A DNA stretch of 32,239 nt. It comes from a virus. Lineage: Duplodnaviria; Caudoviricetes. The stretch is from positions 1 through 32,239 of the IMG/VR virus record IMGVR_UViG_3300048861_000279; one strand, given 5' to 3'. The notes beneath the pieces are model-generated. The model did not search any database. It was not told where the DNA came from and saw nothing but the letters and a program-made list of their open reading frames with translations. Positions 8,181-15,988 of the stretch are shown here, piece after piece; position 1 is the stretch's first letter; every line of letters starts with the position of its first letter. Position numbers and translations under genes: made by a program.

Positions 8181-8377
8181 CCTTCGTTGGTCGGACATCA
8201 TTTAACGACAGCGGCGAAGGCGAGAGGCCCTTACTGTGGGATAGATCTGAAACAGGGGCACTGGCGGCGAGGTTAGCACCAGGGATCGATAAGGCTGACG
8301 GGTTATGTGGCTCCAGGACGGATCAACATATGAAGGCCTCGTTGATGGATGGCGGGGCCTGTTCACCAGAACAGATC
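8181..8377 (+). ncRNA. Candidate structured ncRNA or structured replication element
   Basis: 258-bp ORF-free gap with at least five consecutive hand-folded hairpins, G-U pairs on the + strand, and a possible pseudoknot. Confidence 0.55.
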
Positions 8378-8419
8378 ATGGTTTAAAGCTTGAGTCTTTA
8401 AGGGTTTAAGGGGTTAGCG

Positions 8420-8638
8420 ATGTCACTTAAGAACACAGATGGGGTGCTGCCACCGAAAGTCGAAAAGCGGCTTTCGGATCTCATCGCGATGGGCGAATTT
8501 TCCACACCCGAAGCGGATTTCTGCCGGCGCACCTACTGGCACCGGTTTGCCGACGGCGCCGAGCAGCGCCACGAGTGGCACCAGATCCTGATCAATTGTT
8601 TTGACCGCGCGCAGAAGCGCATTGGAGCAGCAGCATGA
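8420..8638 (+). CDS. Hypothetical phage protein
   Basis: AAGGGG SD; stop overlaps the next ATG. Confidence 0.65.
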   Translation: MSLKNTDGVLPPKVEKRLSDLIAMGEFSTPEADFCRRTYWHRFADGAEQRHEWHQILINCFDRAQKRIGAAA

Positions 8639-8676
8639 GCATTTCTACCGCGAAGCCGTCGGAGGCCCACGAATGA
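8635..8676 (+). CDS. 13-codon mini-ORF (MSISTAKPSEAHE), translationally coupled on both sides
   Basis: ATGA overlaps at 8635-8638 and 8673-8676; GGAG SD at 8624-8627. Confidence 0.4.
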   Translation: MSISTAKPSEAHE

Positions 8677-9317
8677 CCATGACCATCATTGCTCAAGGAC
8701 ACCAAACCGCCGCGGCACCAGCGGAGGCGCCGCTCTTTTCCAGCGCCCACGCCGCGCTGACCTTTGCCTACAACCACTCGCACCAGGTCTACGAGCGGCC
8801 GCTCATGAACCGTATGGCGGATGGCCCTGGCGTGCGCACCGGGAAGGGTCTGGGCGGCGTAGACGGATCGGCGCAGGCTGGCATGGTGCTGAGCAGCCTC
8901 AAGCTGTTGCCGCGCTTGCACTTGGCGATCATCCAAGCGCGCTTCATGCCGCGCACCAAGGAATGCGTTTGCTGCAGGAGCAAGATCGACAACGTGGAAT
9001 GGCTGGACGCCATTCGGGAGATCTCGGATGTGGCCGCATGTCAGGCGTTATCCACACACCCTACCAGCCGCACGCTCCGCGATGCGATCATCCGAGGCTA
9101 TTTCGGGCAGAAGGTCGTGCTATCGCAGGAGGCCGATCGCGCCGGCGTTACGGCCAATACTGTGACGCGGCATAAGGGCATGATCGTAAGGTGGCTTCGC
9201 GGCTCGAGGACGGAAATTGGCGCAGACGGCGAGCGCGGCGCGGGGCAGATCGGTGTTGAGGCGGTTGCTATGGAGAGCATTGCGGCGATCCTTGGTGCAA
9301 AAGGCATTTGCAACTGA
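8673..9317 (+). CDS. Putative late-gene regulator / Q-like antiterminator
   Basis: GGAGG SD at 8661; last gene of the right early operon; CxCC motif and C-terminal HTH-like segment; followed by a promoter and terminator. Confidence 0.6.
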   Translation: MTMTIIAQGHQTAAAPAEAPLFSSAHAALTFAYNHSHQVYERPLMNRMADGPGVRTGKGLGGVDGSAQAGMVLSSLKLLPRLHLAIIQARFMPRTKECVCCRSKIDNVEWLDAIREISDVAACQALSTHPTSRTLRDAIIRGYFGQKVVLSQEADRAGVTANTVTRHKGMIVRWLRGSRTEIGADGERGAGQIGVEAVAMESIAAILGAKGICN

Positions 9318-9320
9318 CTC

Positions 9321-9349
9321 TTGTAATTGTAGATTTCGTCTGTTAAAGT
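9321..9349 (+). promoter_or_regulatory. pR'-like late promoter
   Basis: TTGTAA-17 nt-TAAAGT with extended -10 TG at 9341-9342. Confidence 0.6.
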
Positions 9350-9387
9350 CAGCCCTGTTTAGTTACTGTTGATCAGTATGCAGAAAA

Positions 9388-9440
9388 AAAAGCCCCGCAG
9401 CGCAAAAGCCCCGCAGCGCAAAAGCGCCGGGGCTGTTTTC
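9388..9440 (+). terminator. tR'-like terminator whose left arm is tandemly duplicated (16 bp)
   Basis: AAAAGCCCCGCAGCGC x2, then AAAAGCGCCGGGGCTGTTTTC; stems AGCCCCG/CGGGGCT and GCGC/GCGC. Confidence 0.65.
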
Positions 9441-9514
9441 GTTTGGCGCTAGATGTGCTGGCTAACTCAGCCATGCTCAGTGACAATGTGGTATTCCCAA
9501 AAGGAGATCACATT

Positions 9515-9994
9515 GTGAATTTTGTCCCTTACCAAGATGCCGCGTTAGATGAAGTGGTCGCGGAAGTCACCCAACGAAAGGACTTGGACTATTGGGCCGC
9601 GGAGTTTTACAAAGTAATCTTTATTTCGCCGCAAGCTAATGTTGACGAATTGAACGCGACCTTTGAGGCGTTCGGACCTGCCCCCGGCGTGCGGTTTCAG
9701 GCCTACCGGCAACGTGTCGTCAGCACGTATACCCAGGTGCGGGTGGAGGGGAAATTAATTGGTCGATTCATGTTTTACCTCGTGTCTGAACCTCCGCTAG
9801 TTCAGCCATCCCTAACTGCGATCTTTGCTCTTGATCTGGATTCCGAAGGTGGTTTCCGACTAGGTAATAAAGGTCCATTTGCGCACAGCATTCGTACAAG
9901 CCAGACCACACAAGAGCGGGTCAAACTGATTGCTCTTTTGAAGAAAAATCTGATGTGCGCGGTGACGGCAGCCCCCAATGGGCTGATAGTTTAG
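9515..9994 (+). CDS. Moron 1, hypothetical protein (~159 aa)
   Basis: AAGGAG SD then GTG at 9515; lower GC; own downstream terminator. Confidence 0.7.
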   Translation: MNFVPYQDAALDEVVAEVTQRKDLDYWAAEFYKVIFISPQANVDELNATFEAFGPAPGVRFQAYRQRVVSTYTQVRVEGKLIGRFMFYLVSEPPLVQPSLTAIFALDLDSEGGFRLGNKGPFAHSIRTSQTTQERVKLIALLKKNLMCAVTAAPNGLIV

Positions 9995-10089
9995 GAACAT
10001 CCTCGCGCGAGTTTTGCCTATTACGCGAACTTGGTGCCAGGGATTCACTCTAACTACAGCGATTTGAATTTGCTGCACGTAATACGACC

Positions 10090-10120
10090 GCCCCGGCGTG
10101 ATCCAGCCCGGGGCTTTGTT
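10090..10120 (+). terminator. Intrinsic terminator after moron 1
   Basis: GCCCCGG...CCGGGGC followed by TTTGTT. Confidence 0.6.
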
Positions 10121-10307
10121 ATGTGCGGCGTTCATACCGCCTTAATGTGTATCGAACGGGGAATGGTCTCGCAGCCAATTCTTTAGGGCGGCATCCATGC
10201 AAGGCTTTCATGCACCTTCGGAAGCCATATGTGAAGCTTTTGTCTCTACGCTGTTTGAGTAGCGCTGCGCTATAGTCGCGACATCCCATACAAGGAGCGA
10301 GGCGAGC

Positions 10308-11252
10308 GTGGCTGAAAATGAAGATATTGAGCTGAGAGCGGATCTGTTGAAGGACGTAACTACATCGTCCTTCGCTCAGAACATAAACGCGTTTCGGTCT
10401 GCGCTTCTCAAATACGACGCTGAAATCGCGACGAATAGTACCGACTGGCGACGGGCAGTCCACTTACTTCGTGAGGCGGATGCGCTCAGGCAGGAAGTCG
10501 AACGCCAGATGAAAGAGCAGCAAGCCGTGAAATACCAGCCTACGGTGCCACGCGAAGATATGGAGGAGGTTTTTGCCTTATTCAAACGCATCTGGGGCAA
10601 CACCATTGACGCAATCAGCAGGGGCTATCCCTACATCTTTGGCCCGCAGGCAGATTCCATTCTGACTGCAATTTCTGGTTTGCCTGATTCTGCGGAAAAA
10701 TCTGTGTTCTTAGGGATCGCAAAATTAATGCGCGATACCGCTCAGCAGATGAAAGATAGCCCGGCTACCCTTTCGCTTTTCTTCGGCGCTTTCGTTAAGA
10801 ATTTGGCTAAAACGCCCGAACCGTATGCCAAGTTGGCCACCCAGCTCATGGGTGCAGCGCCGCCGAGTCCTCCGCCCGTAGAGCACCGAGATGGTGGAAA
10901 TGAGGGCGGTGACATGAATCGGCGGGTTTCAAACCTTGAACGTTCTTTCGAGAAAATCTCCGAGGATGTGTCCGATATCAAGATTACCCTCGCGACCGTC
11001 AGTCAAGCGTTGAAGTATCTAGCGACGAAGGAAGATGTGGCGTCCGCTTCCAAGGGCCGAGAGGCAAACGTTTCTCTTCAGGGAATGGCGAGCAAGGAAG
11101 ACTTATCGCCCATTCTGGCAAAGATTGCCGAAATCAATTCACACTTGAAGCATGTTCCGACGAAATTTGGCCTATTGGTTGCAGTAGCCGTGCCGGTGGC
11201 CAGCGGCGGTTGGTGGATATTTCAGCAATTAGTGACGCGGGGCGTAATTTAA
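10308..11252 (+). CDS. Moron 2: helical N-domain, Pro/Gly linker, coiled coil, C-terminal transmembrane anchor
   Basis: GAGG SD, GTG start; GGDMNRRVSNLE...LATKEDV...ASKEDL; hydrophobic FGLLVAVAVPVASGGWWIF; lower GC. Confidence 0.78.
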   Translation: MAENEDIELRADLLKDVTTSSFAQNINAFRSALLKYDAEIATNSTDWRRAVHLLREADALRQEVERQMKEQQAVKYQPTVPREDMEEVFALFKRIWGNTIDAISRGYPYIFGPQADSILTAISGLPDSAEKSVFLGIAKLMRDTAQQMKDSPATLSLFFGAFVKNLAKTPEPYAKLATQLMGAAPPSPPPVEHRDGGNEGGDMNRRVSNLERSFEKISEDVSDIKITLATVSQALKYLATKEDVASASKGREANVSLQGMASKEDLSPILAKIAEINSHLKHVPTKFGLLVAVAVPVASGGWWIFQQLVTRGVI

Positions 11253-11305
11253 CGATAGCCACATCGAGCGGTTGGCTACCGCCGTTAACCGGTTCAGCCG
11301 CGCCA

Positions 11306-11404
11306 GCGCACGGGGACTGCCCAAGTCTTGCATCCGCGGTGCCACCGGGACTTACCTTTTGAGGTTGCTCGGTGCTGTGCGCATCGAATTCGCACGCCGT
11401 GCGC
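11306..11404 (+). ncRNA. Candidate cloverleaf / tRNA-like structured RNA
   Basis: Perfect 8-bp closing stem GCGCACGG/CCGTGCGC enclosing four hairpins; last loop contains TCGAAT. Confidence 0.5.
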
Positions 11405-11407
11405 ATT

Positions 11408-11764
11408 ATGGCGAAAACAAATCAACCGGTTGACCTGAGCCTGCCCTCTTGGCGCGGCTCCAAGCTGACCGCAGCGCAACGCGGGTACGACGGCAAGTGG
11501 CGCAAGGCGCGCATCTCGTTTTTGCAGGAACACCCGCTCTGCGAATATTGCGAGCAGGACGGCCGCATCGAGCAGGCCACAGTGGTCAATCACCGCATTC
11601 CACACAAGGGCGATCAGCAGCTGTTCTGGGATCGGTCGAACTGGGCCTCGGCCTGCAAGACCCACCACGACAGCACCATCGCACGTGAAGAGCACAGAGG
11701 CCACCTGATCGGCGGCGACGTGCAAGGAAACCCGCTTGACCCTGCCCACCACTGGAATCGGTGA
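11408..11764 (+). CDS. HNH endonuclease (HK97 gp74-like packaging cofactor)
   Basis: RGYDGKWRKAR..FL.EHPLC..C...VVNHRIPHKGD..LFWD.SNW...CKTHH; directly upstream of terS. Confidence 0.92.
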   Translation: MAKTNQPVDLSLPSWRGSKLTAAQRGYDGKWRKARISFLQEHPLCEYCEQDGRIEQATVVNHRIPHKGDQQLFWDRSNWASACKTHHDSTIAREEHRGHLIGGDVQGNPLDPAHHWNR

Positions 11765-11804
11765 CCTCGATGAGGCGATCCGGTGAACCCGCAGGATTTT
11801 GCAG

Positions 11805-11880
11805 CATAGCCCCGCCCTATGGGTGGGGGCGGGTCGAAAGTCCAAGGCGATTTGCCGGTAGACCGACCGGTATCTCGTCG
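11805..11880. other. Candidate cos site (cohesive-end packaging origin)
   Basis: Between HNH and terS; CCCGCCC-N9-GGGCGGG dyad followed by TCGAAAGT, in the position expected for HK97-like cos phages. Confidence 0.55.
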
Positions 11881-11905
11881 ATTAACGCTAACCGAGAATA
11901 TTCCC

Positions 11906-12382
11906 ATGAAACGCAGTCGATCCGACAGCGCAGCCGCTGCGGTGGCTGCCGCCCAGGCCGCGGCCGAAGGCCCGCTGCGCCCGCCGGCGCAGGTGGTTTT
12001 GCGCGATGTGGACATGCCGTATTGGGATGCAATCATCCTGGCGCGCGCTCGCGACACGTGGACCGTCGTTGATCTGGTGAAGGCCGCGAATCTCGCGCGT
12101 TGCCAGTCCGAAATTGAACGCGTCACCGAGCTGTTGCAGGACGCGCCCGACACAGTGCTGAACGGCGCCGGCACGCCCATCGTCAACCCGTTGCATACGC
12201 TGGTGGAAACGCTGACGCGCCGTGAGATTGCCCTGAGCCGCGCGATTCACGTGCATGCCGAGGCGACCGTCGGCAAGAGCGAGGACGCCGGCAAGAAACT
12301 GGCGACCGAGAAGAAGGCGCGCCAGGCTCTGCAGGCGACCGACGACGGTTTGATACCGGGCCGCGGCGCGCCCGTCCACTAG
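11906..12382 (+). CDS. terS: Terminase small subunit
   Basis: Position before terL; GTPIVNP motif; ATG at 11906. Confidence 0.85.
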   Translation: MKRSRSDSAAAAVAAAQAAAEGPLRPPAQVVLRDVDMPYWDAIILARARDTWTVVDLVKAANLARCQSEIERVTELLQDAPDTVLNGAGTPIVNPLHTLVETLTRREIALSRAIHVHAEATVGKSEDAGKKLATEKKARQALQATDDGLIPGRGAPVH

Positions 12383-12383
12383 C

Positions 12384-13976
12384 ATGCCGCGCAATGCGGC
12401 GGTAAGCCCGATAAAGTGCGGCCCGAAGCCACGGCTGCGTAACTGGCGGGCTCTGCCTACCGATAAACTCACCCGCGCCGAGCGCAACATGCGCTTCGTG
12501 GAGCGCTATTGCAAGGTGCCCGAGGGCTCACTCGTCGGCCAGAATATCCACCTGGCGGGCTTCCAAGAGCGGTTTTTCTACTCCCTCTACGACAACAAGC
12601 ACGGCACACGCCGCGCTTACCTGTCGATGGCGCGCAAGAATTCGAAGACGGCCACGATTGCCACGATCGTGCTGATCCACCTGGTGGGGCCGGAAGCACA
12701 GCTGAACTCCCATATCCAAAGCGGCGCGCTCTCGCGGGAGCAGGCCGGCCAGGTCTACAAATACGCATCGAAAATCGTGCAGCTGTCGGAAGAACTGTCC
12801 GGCATCGTGCGAATCGTGCCGAGCAGCAAGAAGCTGATCGGCTTGCCGATGAACGTGGAGTATCAGGCCTCGTCGGCGGAAGCGAAGACGGCGCACGGCG
12901 GCTCTCCCATCCTGGCCATTCTCGATGAGACAGGCCAGGTGCGCGGTCCGCAGGATGATTTCATCGACGCGATCGTGACCAGCCAGGGGGCTTATGACAA
13001 CCCGCTACTGATCGTGATTAGCACGCAGGCCGCGAACGACGCGGACCTGTTTTCGATTTGGCTGGACGATGCGGAGCGGTCAAAAGACCCCCACATCGTG
13101 AGCCACGTATACGCCGCCAAGAAAGACGCGGCGTTAATGGATAAGAAGGCCTGGCAGGAGGCCAACCCGGCGCTGGGATTGTTCCGGTCCCTCAAGGACG
13201 TGCAGGAGCAAGCCAAGCAGGCCGCCCGCATGCCATCGGCCGAGAACACATTCCGCAATCTGTTCTTGAACCAGCGCGTGTCGACCGTCTCGCCCTTCAT
13301 CTCACGGGACGTGTGGCAAGCGTGCGCAGGGCCCGTGCTGCCCTTTGGAGATGCCGAGGTATGGGCAGGCCTGGATCTCTCGGCACGCACCGATCTGACG
13401 GCCCTGGTGGTCGTTGGCAAAGTGGCGGGCAAGTGGCAGGTGCTCCCGCACTTCTGGACGCCCGAAGATGGGCTGTTTGACCGCGCGAAACGCGATCGCC
13501 AGCCCTACGACGTGTGGGTAAAGCAAGGGTATCTGCACACCACGCCGGGGAAAACGGTCGATTACGAGCACGTCGCGCAGGACATAGCGGCCATTTTGTC
13601 GGGGCTAAACGTCCAGGCGGTGGCCTACGACCGCTGGCGCATTGCCATTCTGCAGAAGGAGTTCGACCGCGAAGGCATCGAATTGCCGCTGGCTGAGTTC
13701 GGCCAGGGCTTCAAGGACATGTCGCCGGCGCTGGATGTTCTCGAATCGGAGCTGCTGAACGGTCGTATGGCGCACGCCGGGCACCCGGTGCTGCAGATGT
13801 GCGCGGCCAACGCGGTAACGGTGAAGGACGCCGCGGGAAATCGGAAATTAGACAAACACAAGGCGACCGGTCGCATCGACGGGCTGCAGGCACTTGCCAT
13901 GGCCATGGGTGCGGCATGCGGTGACGCTGAGGAATTGAACATCGATGCGTTCATCAGCAACCCGATCATCATTTGA
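12384..13976 (+). CDS. terL: Terminase large subunit (Terminase_1 type)
   Basis: MARKNSKT Walker A-like, ILDE Walker B, ISTQA, ANPALG, GLDLS, RIDG nuclease motifs. Confidence 0.96.
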   Translation: MPRNAAVSPIKCGPKPRLRNWRALPTDKLTRAERNMRFVERYCKVPEGSLVGQNIHLAGFQERFFYSLYDNKHGTRRAYLSMARKNSKTATIATIVLIHLVGPEAQLNSHIQSGALSREQAGQVYKYASKIVQLSEELSGIVRIVPSSKKLIGLPMNVEYQASSAEAKTAHGGSPILAILDETGQVRGPQDDFIDAIVTSQGAYDNPLLIVISTQAANDADLFSIWLDDAERSKDPHIVSHVYAAKKDAALMDKKAWQEANPALGLFRSLKDVQEQAKQAARMPSAENTFRNLFLNQRVSTVSPFISRDVWQACAGPVLPFGDAEVWAGLDLSARTDLTALVVVGKVAGKWQVLPHFWTPEDGLFDRAKRDRQPYDVWVKQGYLHTTPGKTVDYEHVAQDIAAILSGLNVQAVAYDRWRIAILQKEFDREGIELPLAEFGQGFKDMSPALDVLESELLNGRMAHAGHPVLQMCAANAVTVKDAAGNRKLDKHKATGRIDGLQALAMAMGAACGDAEELNIDAFISNPIII

Positions 13977-13983
13977 AGAGCAT

Positions 13984-15270
13984 ATGAGCGAAACCAAAAC
14001 CAAACAGCCTGGGCGCGTTAAGTCTGCGTTGCTCAACTGGCTGGGCGTTCCGATTTCGCTGACCGATGGCTCTTTCTGGGCGAGCTGGAACGGCGCGACC
14101 AACTTCTCGGGCAAGCACGTCACCGTGCAATCGGCGCTGCAGCTAAGCGCGGTGTGGGCGTGCGTGCGGCTCATTTCGGAAACGCTATCAACCCTGCCGC
14201 TCAACGTTTACAAGGATGGGCCTGGCGCGAAGGTGATTGCCCGGGACCACAGCCTCTATCGTTTGCTGCACTCGCAGCCCAACGCCGACATGTCGGCGGT
14301 GACGTTTTTGCAGGCCTATATCGCTTCGATGCTGCTGAACGGCGGCGGGTATGCCGAAAAGTATGTCTCCGGGGGCGTTATCACGTCGCTGGAATTCCTG
14401 CTGCCGGCCTTTGTCACCTGCACGCGCTTGCAGAGCGGCGCCGTGGAATGGGCCTATACCGACCCGATCACTAAGAAGCGTCGCGTCATCCCCGAAGATC
14501 GCATGTGGTTCACGCCGGCGTTCACGCTGGACGGCATCAACGGCATGTCGCCCGTGTCGATGGGCGCCAACGTATTCGGCGGCGCCCAGGCGGCCGACGA
14601 GGCCAGCGCCCAGACGTTTACGCGCGGGATGAAAGCCGCCGGCCTGGTAATGATGGACGTTCAGCTCAAGCCGGACCAGCGCGAAGACATCCGCAAGCAC
14701 GTCAAGACCGTGACCGACTCGGGCGGTGTGATGGTGCTGGAAAAGGGCGCTGGCTTCCAGCAACTGACCATGAATCCGCAGGATGCCGAGCTTTTGGCTA
14801 CCCGTGCGTTCAACGTCGAGGAAATCTGTCGCTGGTTCCGCGTGCCGCCGTTCATGGTGGGCCACTCGGAGAAATCCACGAGCTGGGGGACCGGCATCGA
14901 GTCCCAGATGATCGGCTTCGTGACCTTCGTGCTGCGGCCGTGGGCCGTGCGCATCGAGCAATCCATCCGGAAAAGTCTGCTCACGCCGGCCGAGCGCATC
15001 AATTATTCGGCGGAATTCGCTTTGGAAGGCCTGTTGCGTGGGGACTCAGCCGCGCGCGCCGCGTTCTACAGCTCGATGACCCAGAACGGGGTGATGACAC
15101 GCGACGAATGCCGAGTGCTGGAGAACTTAGAACCGAAGGGCGGCAACGCAGCTGAGCTCACCGTGCAATCGAACATGCTGCCCATCAACAAGCTGGGCGA
15201 GGCAACCGATGCCACGGCCGCGCAGAACGCACTGAAAAACTGGCTCGATGCCAGCGAGGAAAAACCATGA
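13984..15270 (+). CDS. Portal protein, HK97 family
   Basis: ALQLSAVWACV, GMSP, EEICRWFRVPP, LLRGD, MTRDECRVLENLEP. Confidence 0.96.
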   Translation: MSETKTKQPGRVKSALLNWLGVPISLTDGSFWASWNGATNFSGKHVTVQSALQLSAVWACVRLISETLSTLPLNVYKDGPGAKVIARDHSLYRLLHSQPNADMSAVTFLQAYIASMLLNGGGYAEKYVSGGVITSLEFLLPAFVTCTRLQSGAVEWAYTDPITKKRRVIPEDRMWFTPAFTLDGINGMSPVSMGANVFGGAQAADEASAQTFTRGMKAAGLVMMDVQLKPDQREDIRKHVKTVTDSGGVMVLEKGAGFQQLTMNPQDAELLATRAFNVEEICRWFRVPPFMVGHSEKSTSWGTGIESQMIGFVTFVLRPWAVRIEQSIRKSLLTPAERINYSAEFALEGLLRGDSAARAAFYSSMTQNGVMTRDECRVLENLEPKGGNAAELTVQSNMLPINKLGEATDATAAQNALKNWLDASEEKP

Positions 15271-15926
15271 ATCACAAAGAATTCGACTTCGACGTCAAGA
15301 GCATCGACGACAGCGGCACGTTCACCGGTTATGGCTCGGTTTTCGGCAACGTCGATGGTGGCAATGAAATCGTCGTGAAGGGTGCGTTCGCCGAAAGCCT
15401 CGCTGCGCGCGCCGCGAAGGGCCGGAAACTGCCGATCCTGTGGCAGCACCGAAGCGGCGAGCCGATCGGCGTCTACGACTCGGTTAAGGAAGACGACCGT
15501 GGTCTGCTGATGAGTGGCCGCCTGCTGATCAACGACGTCCAGCGCGCGAAAGAGGCCTATGCGCTCATGAAGGCCGGCGCCGTCACTGGCATGTCGATCG
15601 GCTACGGCGTCGTCGAGGACTCCGTCGACAGCAAGACGCGCGTGCGCTCACTGAAAAAGCTGAACCTCGAGGAAACCTCGATCGTCACGTTCCCGATGAA
15701 CGATGACGCCAGAGTCGAGCTTGTCAAGTCGATGGACCGAATTTTGAAGGCTGGCCTTATGCCGTCCCTCCCTGAATTTGAGGATTTCCTGTGTGAGGCA
15801 GGGTTCTCGAAAACGCAGGCCAAAGCCATCGCTGGTAATGGCCTGCGCAAGCTGCTTGATCGGTGTGAGGCCGATGGCAATACCAGCGATGCATTGGCCG
15901 CTCTGAAATCCTTCCGGCTCCCATAA
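15267..15926 (+). CDS. Prohead maturation protease, HK97 family
   Basis: FTGYGSVFGNVD, LWQH, GMSIGY, LEETSIVTFPMN. Confidence 0.95.
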   Translation: MNHKEFDFDVKSIDDSGTFTGYGSVFGNVDGGNEIVVKGAFAESLAARAAKGRKLPILWQHRSGEPIGVYDSVKEDDRGLLMSGRLLINDVQRAKEAYALMKAGAVTGMSIGYGVVEDSVDSKTRVRSLKKLNLEETSIVTFPMNDDARVELVKSMDRILKAGLMPSLPEFEDFLCEAGFSKTQAKAIAGNGLRKLLDRCEADGNTSDALAALKSFRLP

Positions 15927-15946
15927 CCCTGTCTCCCCACGAATCC

Positions 15947-15973
15947 AAAGCCCGCCACTGAGCGGGCTTTTTC
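15947..15973 (+). terminator. Terminator-like hairpin between protease and capsid genes
   Basis: AAAGCCCGC-cactga-GCGGGCTTTTT. Confidence 0.7.
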
Positions 15974-15988
15974 TATTGGAAATCCATC

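Noticed and set aside
8601-8672. Upstream TTG start for the late regulator as given in the ORF track
   Set aside because: ATG at 8673 has a GGAGG SD and ATGA coupling; similar over-extended starts were trimmed for terS, portal, HNH, gp10 and the fibre genes
11306-11404. Canonical tRNA gene
   Set aside because: No 7-nt anticodon loop on a 5-bp stem, no GGTTCGA, no CCA; kept only as a tRNA-like candidate
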